Position numbers and translations under genes: made by a program
Assembly (NCBI GenBank): GCA_002633005.1
Contig: NMRA01000026.1
Location: forward strand, 977,934 to 1,039,213
Direction of reading: 5' to 3'
Length of the DNA: 61,280 nucleotides
Source of the DNA: Phoronis australis
Taxonomy: Eukaryota; Animalia; Phoronida
Part shown: positions 37,001 through 48,779 of the stretch, piece after piece
Position numbering within the stretch: position 1 is the first letter of the stretch
How the letters are laid out: the number at the start of each line of letters is the position of its first letter
Notes under the pieces: generated by a model
Database searches by the model: none
Told to the model about the DNA's origin: nothing
The model's input: only the letters and a program-made list of their open reading frames with translations

Positions 37001-40000
37001 TTCACCATGTGTCTATAATTTCAATGAACATTTTTTCAATTATAAGGATCTATGAATCTCAAACTGTCTCCACGAACTCTTTTATACTTCTATGTCAAGT
37101 TAATATTGGAACTTGTTTATCTTACTCCTCATACTTTTTATTTAAAAATCATCAATTTTCTTATATGTGTTAACACTAGTTTAGTGTTGCAGAACTTTTC
37201 AATTCAATAGGACTGCAGACAAACAGTTGGCTCAAATCAAGTTGCCCATGACTTGATTAATGGCTTAGTGAACATATTGCACTCTGTTCACTGGCAATAT
37301 GGGATTTTTGTTTTGGGATAAGTTAGAATATATGCCAGTTGCATTTTTTTTTGAGTTTTCACAGCTGAAGTAACCAACCTGTCAACATTAACAGGTCAAA
37401 AAATACCACCCATTTTTAATACATCACTTCTTACAGGAACGACCACCCATAATTTGAGTTTTTTTCTGAAGACCACCACCCATGAATTTTTATTTCTACT
37501 GCCGTCCCCCCCTCCCACACGGATTTTACTGGAACAGCCCTTGGCAAATTTCACTTCAGGCAATAAGAACAGAGTCATCTAACCAGAAAATCTTGACTGC
37601 TTCGTGAATGTCAAGTCAAAGAAATAGAAATGAGCTGGCACAATTGGAAATAGTTATAGGTGAGATTTATCTCCATGATGCTGTGGTATGGCACAAAACC
37701 ATCAAATAAAAGTATTAGTAGCCATTGGAAGATCTCATCTAACTAGAGATTTAAATCAGAGATTACTCTTGAAGAGATCTATCTGCGTACCAAACTACAA
37801 AAAATCCTCCCAGAGAGAGCAGAGCTAACGGTTTGGCAAACCAATAAATGGCTGCCCTAACACCACTTTGTGTCCAATTTCAACCAAAAACAGTAGTCTT
37901 CGAGCTGTACATTATGAGTGATTTCCTGTTAATTGGATAAGAAATGTAGCTTGTAGTGCGCATACAAACAAAAAGAAATTGATGAAAAATCAACAAACTA
38001 AAAATTACAACAGGAACTAATATATTAATTGATTACAGTTCATTAGTCTGTGAGCTACTTTCCATTGATAGTGTTCTCATCAAACTGGAAAATTTGGGAC
38101 TCTTAGTTGAATTCCTCAGGCTGAATGAATTCTGTTCATGCACATCTGCTAGGAAATTCAACAGAGGAAATATTGGACTTCCCAAATTCAAGAATTACGA
38201 GAAAGGCAACAAAATTAGCGATTTATGAGAATTTGGGACTACCATGATGCATTACTTGCTCAAGCCGTGTTTCTAGGTCAAGTAATTATCTCCAAATGAA
38301 GGTAAACAAACGATATTACACACTATGGGACACATTAAAACGTTTCAACCGTGGTTACTTTGGACTCTTTTGCAGACGTATGATACAAATATGGCCACGA
38401 ACGCCAAAATCGCCCATGTCCCAATCTTCAGAACTCATAAAATCTAAATTTGACTTGAATTTCGGTGTCTCAAATAATACTGACCATCAAACAGAAGAAC
38501 TTTAATCACAAACACCTTTTATGATGTCGTGTAAAGGACTAAAAGAAAACTGTTAAGTCAAGGCGTAAATTTAAAAAATGATCACGTCAGACTGTGGAGG
38601 GTAAGATGAGAGAAAAAAAAATGTTGAAAATGGACCAATAATTGTAGGTAGCTATGTGTACACTGACTATGATTCACTATGATTGCATGAAATGTTATTC
38701 AAATCCCAATAAAAATATCTTTAATCGGCATTTCTCTAAAAAAATCAGCAACTTAAGTTTAATTAATTCAGATAAACATCAATTCTAAATAGTTGTAAAG
38801 ATTAGTCTCGACTCATACCATACCCAGATTAAATTTAAAAGAATTGATAAATTGTGGTTCCCGAAGCCCTCCATGATCCAATCAAAAACGTTGGAATCCG
38901 CGCACTACAAATGCTGTTTTCAGTCTACTGCGCAACAGGCTGGTTATAAAAAGATTTGTCAGAATTTTCACTCATACTTAGAGTCTCAATGTTTTTCATA
39001 AGCAGATTTTGTAAAGTAAATAAGATATTTTGTAATCAGATCAAAAATCGCTTACATTAAGAGTGCCAATTATGCAAGAACTCACTTGGATCACTGATGG
39101 CCTCAACTTTTAGTTTGACTGGAGCTCCGTCGGCAAGCTTTAACACATCATCTGTCAGGAGTATCTCCTTCAACTCCTCGGTCAATACGCCATCTTGAAC
39201 TTTCTCCTTAAGTTCTTTGATAGCTTTTGGATTGTCCGACACTACAACAATCTCTATGCTTCCTCTTTTGACTTTGAACAGCTTCAGCACATAATTAGAT
39301 GAACGAGAGAGAAGACCATACGCCCACCCAACAACAGTTGTGTATAGCCTGGAGAGCACTGAGGGTTTCCTCAAGTTTTGAAGAATTTTCGCCTCCATAG
39401 CATCTCTTTCATCATTAGTCACACCATCTAGATGAACTTTAATGGTAACACTCTCTGTCAGTTGACCCTTATCAGGGAGATCAATGACAACTGAAAAATA
39501 CAAGACAGCCAACAATCGGTTTCAGCAGAATATCAGGCACATTCTCTTCTCAAAAACATTACAGAATCACCCGAAGTTCCCCTCCTCAGGCACAAAACTT
39601 CCTCTTGAATGGCAAACAACAATCACATTTAACTCACACAGACCCTTCATACACGAACATTCCAGCCTCCAGTGCACCATAGGCTTCGCAAAAGCCAAAA
39701 ATNNNNNNNNNNNNNNNNNNNNNNNNNNNNNNNNNNNNNNNNNNNNNNNNNNNNNNNNNNNNNNNNNNNNNNNNNNNNNNNNNNNNNNNNNNNNNNNNNN
39801 NNNNNNNNNNNNNNNNNNNNNNNNNNNNNNNNNNNNNNNNNNNNNNNAAATATAGGGGGGGGGGGGTGGTCACCCAGCCTAAAATATAGGGGGGGCTCGA
39901 ATTTCTTAGTATGTGGATCTTTTACTGAAAAAAGAAAAAGAGGTCTGGACTAAAAAAAGGGTTACGAAGTTCATGCCTATGAATTGTGCATTTGTGACAA

Positions 40001-40976
40001 ATTCCCGTGGCCTTTGTCTCGTTTTCTTGAACTTTTTGTTTCTCTGGTGTAGACCTTTTTGCCCACTATGCCAAATGCAACCTGCCCCCCTCCCCCTGTA
40101 CATCAAGTTGACTATAGCCCGACAGGTGTATATAGGTTCACTGGTGCGCATTTATTACAAACTAATACAAGCACAGTTTATGCAGACAGTTAGAACACAA
40201 TTGTGTCACCATTGCCCAGTACAGGGATATCAACATGGAATTTAAATTAAAAAAGAATTATTGTGACGAGAGAACCAATCTGTGCCTTAGTTGTGACAGT
40301 TAGTCTTCCTTGCTCAATTACCCCGTATTATTTCTCTGACCAATCATGAGCTACAACAGATCGGAGTCATCAAGTCTCTGCTAAGGTACAAGTCTAGCAG
40401 ACTTTCGGTATCTGGAGGTTTATTAAATGGGAAAATATGCTCAGCAGAGCGTACTGCCTCGACGAGGAGGTCAAAATTCGATACCCCTACCACCAAGGCT
40501 GCATGGCCAATTCACTACAAAAACCTATCAGACCTCTCCTTTATGTAACAAGCTGGATCTGCCTTTGAGAGGCTACAGTTTTACATGGGGCGATTCATCT
40601 GATAAAGTGGTTAAAGGTCCGTAGCATGGAAATATAGGAAAGACAAAGGAAATAACAACACTTATGACGATAATTAAAATTAACCCAAAGATGTATGGTC
40701 ATATCCTTCGCATTCATACCCACCTTCCTCTACTATGTTAGTTCCTGCAGGATGAACATACACGTCAAAATGAAGGTGCTGCTCCTGAATCAACATAACA
40801 TTTTCATTTCCCACTTGAGCATGACGAACACCTTGCATTCTAACAAGTCCACCAACAGACATCTCTGAGCGTGGTTGTCTAGTTCTTCTATAATCTGTAG
40901 GGACCGGCTGAACTGCTCTGGGGTCCACGGCATAAGTCACACTGGCCATTTCTGATGCCATTGCTGGACAAAGCAT
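31920..40976 (-). CDS. Predicted 433-aa RHIM-like motif + TRADD-N-like domain + C19orf12/Nazo-like protein; exons 40976-40685, 39490-39086, 34075-33926, 32374-31920
   Basis: Donors G|GTTAAT, A|GTGAGT and G|GTAAGG; acceptors tatttttcag|TT, ttttttacag|TC and tttcgtttcag|GA. All are phase 1 and total 1302 nt with no internal stop. An in-frame TAG immediately precedes the first ATG. An N-gap (39703-39847) lies in the first coding intron. Confidence 0.7.
35543..36204. mobile_element. Inverted pair of tRNA-derived SINE copies (35543-35730 minus, truncated; about 35980-36204 plus)
   Basis: The plus copy has an A-box-like tagctcagagg and a B-box-like ggctcgaatcc. Its body (gtcaaggcaaaaatcttt...ttatgccgcatcacttcaaa) is reverse-complemented at 35543-35730. 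Confidence 0.75.
36718..37540. mobile_element. PIF/Harbinger-type MITE with TTG target-site duplication
   Basis: Same TIR as 23645-24213 (gggctgttccag...ctggaacagccc), TTG on both sides, different internal sequence. Confidence 0.88.
39086..39490 (-). CDS. TRADD-N-like alpha/beta domain exon (symmetric phase 1-1)
   Basis: LKLFKVKRGSIEIVVVSDNPKAIKELKEKVQDGVLTEELKEILLTDDVL...VKLKVE has the strand-GS-strand-helix-G-L-helix-strand pattern of invertebrate TRADD-like N-terminal domains. Confidence 0.65.
39703..39847. other. Assembly gap (N run)
   Basis: Run of n characters. Confidence 1.
40788..40847 (-). other. RHIM-like amyloid motif LVRMQGVRH-AQVG-NENVMLI
   Basis: Fits the RHIM pattern hydrophobic strand + xQ[IV]GxxNx[ML]x[I]; compare RIPK3 VQVGDNNYL and RIPK1 IQIGAYNYM. 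The first core residue is A rather than I/V. Confidence 0.65.
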
Positions 40977-41284
40977 CTAATGTAACTGTAAATGAATATG
41001 TGGAAAACTGTCAAAATAACAACTCGAGTAACACAATACAGCAGTTTGAGCTCTGCTGTCAGTCCCACAAGATGTTCAAACCAACATGTTAAGCCAAGCT
41101 ATAGCAAGCCAAATTTTTATGGCACCTGCCATGAGATACTGGGTCCAGCAGGTGCCCGGTGGTCACTATCTATGCTCAATATAGCCATACAAAGTGCGCA
41201 AACTTTGTCCTCACCATAAGGCAGCCACTAAATAAGTGTCTGAAACGGCCTGGATAGGCCATCGAAAGCTTATGCATTACAGCG

Positions 41285-41820
41285 TTCTCCCGTTCAGTGA
41301 CTTTACCAGACGTAGAGGGTTGTGAGCGTGTGGCAACATCTAGCTCCTTTGTTAACTGCCAAGCACAGTCTTTTGTATGGTATGACAACAGGCAGGCCAA
41401 TTATTTACCAGGCTTAATACAGACCACTTGTGAACAATTTACCCAGAGTGAATTGCTTACGTTCGGAGAGAATATAGATTGTTATAACTTCGGTTGTAGT
41501 TGGGCGATTTGGCAATTCAAAAACTAAACATGATCAGCATTTGATGAGGAATTCAGATATACTATTGCTTTATGTTCAAATATGTTATAACTTAACTTTT
41601 ATTTTTAACAGCACAGCCCAGTCAGGCTTATTGATACGATCTTATTGGAGTCATAATAGAACAATTATCGAACAAAAGAGAGCCGACCCTTCAACCATGA
41701 ATGCCAGAATGGAGTTAATCAGTCATGTAAGATATTGGCTATACAAGGGTCATCTTCCCAACTTGTTGTTGGGCTATAGAATCGAACAAGTTGGGATCAA
41801 CAGGAAAACTCCGTAATGTA
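41285..41820. repeat. Inverted copy of the 13476-14010 interspersed repeat
   Basis: Reverse-complement similarity along the whole segment. Confidence 0.85.
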
Positions 41821-41940
41821 ACTGATCCAATTCAGACAGTAATACAGACTACCTGTGGGCACTTGGTGGATGTAGCCGTCCTAAAATTTGAGAACTAGGC
41901 AATCACTGAATAACGGGCGCGTTATTCTGTGGATGACCAG

Positions 41941-43521
41941 TGTAACATGATGAGCTCATATTTCTAGACAATAACCCTCGGGTTTTTCTAACGATGCTTT
42001 ATTAAGCAAGACGAATGTCCGTCTGAAACATACAAAATGAATATACAAATACTGTGAATTGAACTCTCTATAAACAACGAATGATAACTAATAATAACGG
42101 CTAATACACGTATGCGCCAGAAAATAGACAAACAAAAGAACTCATCAGCACTTACCTGGTTTTGTGTAGAAATGTACTGCGCAAACGTGAGGACGCCTTA
42201 ATAGCTGGCGTGACATGAGAGCGCAATCGCGTGTCACGTAAACTATTCTCTACCTCCCCCCTAAGTTCCTTACAAACGTTAGCACAGGTACGTTTGTTGG
42301 AACTGATCTTAAAATGTTATGTCTCAAAGTCATTGAGCCACGTAGGGCGTTTCCGAACTCTCGTGGATCGTCTTGGCAACATCTCTCGCTCTGGTGATGA
42401 TGGTTGCAGTGGTGTTTTGGCTTGAGGTTCTGTTGCAGATGGAGTTTCTTGTATGCATGGAGGCATTGGTGATGTGGGAGGCGATGGTGTTTCCTTAATC
42501 TTGTTTCGTGGGAGTGGTGATGATGGCACTGGATCTGAAGCTTGTCGATGTTCATTGGGATGTGGATCACGCGGTATGTCATCAAGTATGGTGTGGCGGC
42601 GTTCAGAGGTCTGTATGGGTATGAACATTCGCAGGAATTTTCGGTTGCGGATGGTTAACCTGCTAGAGCCGTCTACACGAATGACGTACTGGTCAAATTG
42701 ACGAACCTCGATGATTGTTCCAGTTTTGTCCCATTTGTTTGGATGATTTCCTGTTTGGTTTTGGATTCTGACTTTATCCCCTACTTTTAGTTGTGGAAGA
42801 CGTCTTGTATGCTCTGTCCAGCGTTCAGCATCAAGGATATGTCTATTCCGAAGAGCTTCTTCCCTTGCCGCCAATGTTAATCGCCAAGTACGGTGGGGAA
42901 GATAGCGGCCTGGTTGTATGGGTATAAAATCTTTTGTTGGTCGGCCAAAAACGCATTGGGCTGGAGACAGTTTGGTTAAAGGGTCTGGAGCATTCCTGTA
43001 TTGTAGTATCGCTCGTTGAAATGAGTTGTTGTCAAGTGTGCCGTTGGGTCCTGTGTTGTCCATGATTAGGCGTTTGATGGTTTTCACTCCAACCTCTGCC
43101 CGGCAATTGCTGTGTGGGAAGGCTACGGAGGCTAACCTGTGATGGACACCCCATTGTTGAAGAAATGTGCGAGTAGATGTTGCGGTGAATTCAGGGCCAC
43201 CATCAGAGCTTAATTCATCGGCTATGCCATACGTTGAGAATGTTTGTCGGAGGCATGAAATGAGGCCAGTTGCACCATTGGCTGGGCGTTCTACAATTGG
43301 CCAGTTGGAATATCTATCTACAATGACGAGATAATTTATTCCTTTGTAGGTGAAGTAATCAGCACAGATACACTGAAACGGGTATGATGGCTCCATTCGA
43401 GGAGCAGGTGGCGCGCTTGGCTGAGATGGTGCTATACGATTGCAATGTTCGCAGCGATTGCGAATGTGAGTGATATCATTTGTTATACCAGGCCAAAACA
43501 TTGATGATTCTGCCCGAGCTG
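41941..43521 (-). mobile_element. Ty3/Gypsy (Mag-like) LTR retrotransposon 3' end: integrase, PPT and 3' LTR
   Basis: Open pol frame 43521-42317. Minus-strand PPT AGGGGGGAGG at about 42253-42262. Putative LTR about 42250-41941 contains AATAAA and ends in ...TTACA. The 5' part is lost in the gap. Confidence 0.9.
42317..43521 (-). CDS. Retrotransposon integrase (C-terminal pol), 5'-partial
   Basis: FWPGI..C..C zinc-binding part; [16 protein letters not shown] and [11 protein letters not shown] catalytic D,D(35)E motifs; GPY/F-like C-terminal module. Confidence 0.92.
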
Positions 43522-44504
43522 NNNNNNNNNNNNNNNNNNNNNNNNNNNNNNNNNNNNNNNNNNNNNNNNNNNNNNNNNNNNNNNNNNNNNNNNNNNNNNN
43601 NNNNNNNNNNNNNNNNNNNNNNNNNNNNNNNNNNNNNNNNNNNNNNNNNNNNNNNNNNNNNNNNNNNNNNNNNNNNNNNNNNNNNNNNNNNNNNNNNNNN
43701 NNNNNNNNNNNNNNNNNNNNNNNNNNNNNNNNNNNNNNNNNNNNNNNNNNNNNNNNNNNNNNNNNNNNNNNNNNNNNNNNNNNNNNNNNNNNNNNNNNNN
43801 NNNNNNNNNNNNNNNNNNNNNNNNNNNNNNNNNNNNNNNNNNNNNNNNNNNNNNNNNNNNNNNNNNNNNNNNNNNNNNNNNNNNNNNNNNNNNNNNNNNN
43901 NNNNNNNNNNNNNNNNNNNNNNNNNNNNNNNNNNNNNNNNNNNNNNNNNNNNNNNNNNNNNNNNNNNNNNNNNNNNNNNNNNNNNNNNNNNNNNNNNNNN
44001 NNNNNNNNNNNNNNNNNNNNNNNNNNNNNNNNNNNNNNNNNNNNNNNNNNNNNNNNNNNNNNNNNNNNNNNNNNNNNNNNNNNNNNNNNNNNNNNNNNNN
44101 NNNNNNNNNNNNNNNNNNNNNNNNNNNNNNNNNNNNNNNNNNNNNNNNNNNNNNNNNNNNNNNNNNNNNNNNNNNNNNNNNNNNNNNNNNNNNNNNNNNN
44201 NNNNNNNNNNNNNNNNNNNNNNNNNNNNNNNNNNNNNNNNNNNNNNNNNNNNNNNNNNNNNNNNNNNNNNNNNNNNNNNNNNNNNNNNNNNNNNNNNNNN
44301 NNNNNNNNNNNNNNNNNNNNNNNNNNNNNNNNNNNNNNNNNNNNNNNNNNNNNNNNNNNNNNNNNNNNNNNNNNNNNNNNNNNNNNNNNNNNNNNNNNNN
44401 NNNNNNNNNNNNNNNNNNNNNNNNNNNNNNNNNNNNNNNNNNNNNNNNNNNNNNNNNNNNNNNNNNNNNNNNNNNNNNNNNNNNNNNNNNNNNNNNNNNN
44501 NNNN
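43522..44504. other. Assembly gap (N run)
   Basis: Run of n characters. Confidence 1.
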
Positions 44505-44514
44505 AAGTTCAAAG

Positions 44515-44910
44515 AAAATGTGTCGATTATTGGCCATTTGTGTCGCTTTCAGAAACGTTGGGTTGAACAATTTTGCGAGTTCAAAGAAATGTGTATATGA
44601 GTATCGGCGCCGGAGTGCGGAATCACGGTAGCCGTCGGGTCGGAGCCTGGCCAGTGGAAGACAGGGGGCGCACGTCCATACTGGCCAATTGAACACAGGG
44701 GGCGCACGTCCGTACTGGCCAGTTGAAGACAGGGGGCGCACGGGTAAGTTCATTGGCGGAGCGGAGACGGGACTGAGATTTGAGGTTTGCGGACTTTTGT
44801 TACTCCGGGCATGATTAGGAAGTTTCCGCGGGTTTTGGTCGCGAAACGAAATGTGTCGATTTCACCGTCAATAATCGACACATTTTAAAATGCTCGTTTT
44901 CACTATACCC
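44515..44910. mobile_element. Inverted-repeat element with an internal 34-bp tandem repeat (3 copies, 44647-44742)
   Basis: aaatgtgtcgattattg ... caataatcgacacatttt; internal unit ctggccagttgaagacagggggcgcacgtccgta. Confidence 0.55.
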
Positions 44911-45416
44911 TATATCGTGCCACTGTTGTGGTGTAGGGAAATCTTGAATTGCCCGTAGGTATTTCTGGCTGGGTTTATACTGCCAGATTGCATTTAACCA
45001 TATAGCCAGCAACATAATGCATGCAACTAGCTGTACGTGTGGTCTCAGTCTCACTTTGTATACTGTAGTGTTCAGATCTCTAAATTAATATATACTCTAC
45101 ATAGGCCTATAAGTCTCTTTTGCCTATAGTCCCGATAGTACCGTACACAAAACGGCATTATAGTCGGATATAATTATAATGCCTGGACGCTGATTTAGAG
45201 AACCACGTTTCATCTACTAAATAATGGGGCCGTTATTTAGTGATTGCCTGGTTCTCTAAGTCAGGGTCCATTATATCCGACTAGTGCCCACAAAACATTA
45301 CAAGTGCCATGCCATGCCTGGTTATCAATGGTTTAACTTTACCTAACCTAGTCCTAGAAACACTGCAGATGGAGACTTGGCAAAAACTCTGGTATGACGC
45401 CGACAGCCTTCTCGTT

Positions 45417-45520
45417 CAGTTTCACTTTAACTTTCAGCTTTATATCAACTAAATCGCCGCAATAACTCACTGATCCTTTGCGCCGATTGGGCATTTCCCA
45501 AGTGCGTCGCGGGTTTTTCC
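45417..45520. promoter_or_regulatory. Cluster of ISRE/IRF-like and NF-kB-like motifs
   Basis: cagtttcactttaactttcagcttt (45417-45441), gggcatttccc (45489-45499) and gggtttttcc (45511-45520). Minus-strand donor G|GTAAGT at 45807/45806. Confidence 0.35.
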
Positions 45521-48500
45521 ACATAGTTGTCAACTGACCAAAAACATGGTACGTCGTCTCTTTGGGGGACGAAATTAGCAGCATATCGATAATTACGCGA
45601 CCAGAATACCAATTACACTGTCTTGGTTAAGGACCATTAATTATAAATATATATGGTGTCAACAAAACTGGGCTAAGTTTTTTACAAAATAAGGGAAGAA
45701 AATTTTAGATTTTTTCACGCTTTCTCCACACAAAACACGGCAATCACTAGAGGGCGCTTGTCACTATTTTAGTTAACAAATTCACCGTTTGAGGACGAAG
45801 ACTTACCACGCTTGATTCCTGATCTGATCCAAAACGTTAACGTCTATGGTGAAGAAGTCGTTTAAATCTTGACACGAGTGATAGGTAATGTATGTGTTAT
45901 TTACAATCCCACTCCTGCAGTTGACGGGTTGCTTTGTTTTTGCTCTTGGCAGTCAGCTTGCCTATCAACCTATCGCCCTGTGAAAGACCCCCCACGGCCA
46001 CACACCCAGCCCCAGGTTGATGACAATAGTCTGAAAAAACAAAAGTTTTTTTGGCGTTCCCAACTCAAAAGCACTACTCATGATGACTGAAACTTAATTC
46101 TGCTACAGATTTTTAATCGGCTAATTCACATCGGGGAAAAAATACCGGCACACAAAAATAAGATCTGTCTGACAGCCACCTGAAATGCCATTTCAGTGAA
46201 ATGGCATCCGTTTTCTCAATCCGCAGCTGGTGACAGGGGATGAAAGCAAGCGACATCCACCATTTTGCAGGGAACGTGGGTCACGGCTAAGAAACTTGGC
46301 TTATCTCATTCAAAAACACAAGCAAATCACTTTCCTGACAATAAATGTTTTCAACAAATTCCTCGAACCTCCTGCCAAACTTAATTGACACACGCCCTGT
46401 ATTTAAAATTCTAGGGACTAGAAAATACCCTGTGGCTACAGCCTAACTGTTCAATGCCACCACACTCCTTCGGTCCCTCTTGAAAGCAAACGTGGTTCAC
46501 GACTGAGGGGTACTCCGAGGATACAATGTGACTAAAAAATTAAGTTTGCTTGATCACATGTATTGTGACCCAATGGCAATGACAATGTCATGGATGGCAC
46601 TCGGTTGGATATAGCGGTCCCTGATTTAGAGAACCAGGCAATCACTGTAAATAACGGGCCCATTATTTAGTGGGTGAACTGGACGGCTAGTCAAGATTGT
46701 AGCTTGTGCTACACTTCTGGTACCTGGCCTAGCAACGTAATTTACAAGTCTGGTACCAGACGGTTAGTCACTTACCCTTAGTAACAAAATGCGTGGTGGT
46801 GACGTATGAACAATTAAGGATTGGACTCTTTAAGTCATTTAAAGAGCAGGTGGTCATGTGGACAAAAATTGTCCACTTGTACCACGTCATGTTCTCCAAC
46901 TCCTTTAAAACACGTGGTTTTCAGGGCTCGATGCTATTCAAATCGCCAGGTCGCATTTTGCGATCTAGCCAAAATCCCAGATCGCAATTTCAAAATCCAG
47001 CTCGCGTTCATAAATGCCAGGTCGCAAAGATTTTCCGCCATTTTTACGCTCCAAAATTGATTTTTAGATCACCGAGAAAATGTTTAGATTATGTTCTTAC
47101 CTGCAGCGTTAAATACTGACAGATTTCAGATCGCAAAACTGAGTTCGTTCATGCCGGTACGGTATTACTGTTCTTCACGACCGCCATTGAAAGGCCCTAA
47201 AGCGCAAGGCAAGTTGCCGACGTGAAAGTTGAATCAATGCTCCCTAACTGACACGTGCATTCGAGTAGCAAGTTTGCGATGTGAAAAGGGAGAAAATGCC
47301 CGTTGAAGAAGTAGCCGTGATTTTGGTAGGTCTGACCTACAGGCTGTCATCAAAGTCGTTAAAGATCCAAACTAACTCGGAGTGTAAATTCCCTCCACTT
47401 CTTGTTCGCAACCCATATTTTGCAACTTAACTAGACGTTTGAAAAACATCTGACAAAAAAAACGTGAAACGATGTCCTAACCGAATGACGTATTTGGATG
47501 CGCGGGAATAATTCAGTGCAAATTTTATAACAAAAATGTGGTACTTATGCTGTTTACGTACTCAACAATTCGTTTTCTGTGAAATGAATAGCCTCAAAAT
47601 AATTCCCGACTGCGTGCGGGATTCCATCGCGTAATTCGAATTTGCTATTCAATACCTTCCAAGTAGGGGGAAAATAGGTCAGTCACGAAACGACACGCAT
47701 ATCACTAGTGTTAAGTTTCTTTCGCAGGTATGAAACAAAGCTGGGATTTGGTTTTTACATATTGAGGAAAGATGTTTTTGAAAACTGAATTTGTTGTGTA
47801 AAATGAGAGTGACACACTACATAGGCTGTGTGTCAATTTTAAACTACGCGCGATCGTTTGTATAGTGCGCTATGATGGGCGTTAGCCTGAACCGTGGGCG
47901 ATTAATGGGAAATTCTCAAAGGTTGAAGGGGAACGCTTAGTAAATCAGTGACCGCTTATTACAAAACACTTCAAAGGTAGGGAGTGGGCTTGTGCGTGAG
48001 CATTTGTCGTTAACCTGAGTGTTTGCGTTAAGAAGATATTAAACGACTGCAATGGTAAGAAACGATATAATAATAGGATTTTGCGAGACAAACTCCATCG
48101 AGTATAGGGGTGACTTTCTGGATATCGTTACCACCTACACTGTACATTACTAGCCACCCGGAATAATTTTGTTTTTAATTGCCCCCTTCAGCCGGAACAA
48201 GATTGTTTCTATTGGAGTCTGAACATTTTACGGCGACGGTGGTTCGGGGAGCGAAAACTTGCCAGGGGGGGTGTATGAAGAGAAGAATAAAAAAATCGCT
48301 GACCACAATTTCACATCTAGTACCCGTTTAGTTGCAACAGCTGGCTATGGGAATAGAGTATAGGGTTTAGGGAACATCAACCTCGGGAGACATCATCACA
48401 GAAAATATCAGTTCTGGGTTGTATCGGTACCGGGGAATATCGTAAAGTATCAGATCTTATATAACCGCCGGGAATCATTTTCAAATAAACCACTGGCACG

Positions 48501-48779
48501 TACCCGGGTGCTTAACCGAGCCAAGCTGGTATACTCTTTCACTTAAGACTCTAGCTGTTCTCTTTTGATTTGCAGCTTTGAAGTGGTGCGCACGCGTGAG
48601 TCCCCCCACTTGAATCGCAGGAGCAGGCCTACACTTTACATACGCGCACCCAGCCTAAAATATAGGGGGGCCCGAATTCTTCCATATGCGGACCTGTTAC
48701 TGAAAAAAAATCAATGAGGACTATAAAACGGGGCCACTAGGTTCAGGCCTGCCAATCGTGTGTCCGTGGCGAATTCCTG

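Noticed and set aside
39870-39960. Motif cacccagcctaaaatataggggg shared with about 48648-48710
   Set aside because: A short fragment of an interspersed repeat next to a gap; no second end or TSD is visible to classify it.
43470-44753. Long ORFs of 376-731 aa in the ORF track
   Set aside because: Their length comes from translating N runs; only 42317-43521 is real coding sequence.
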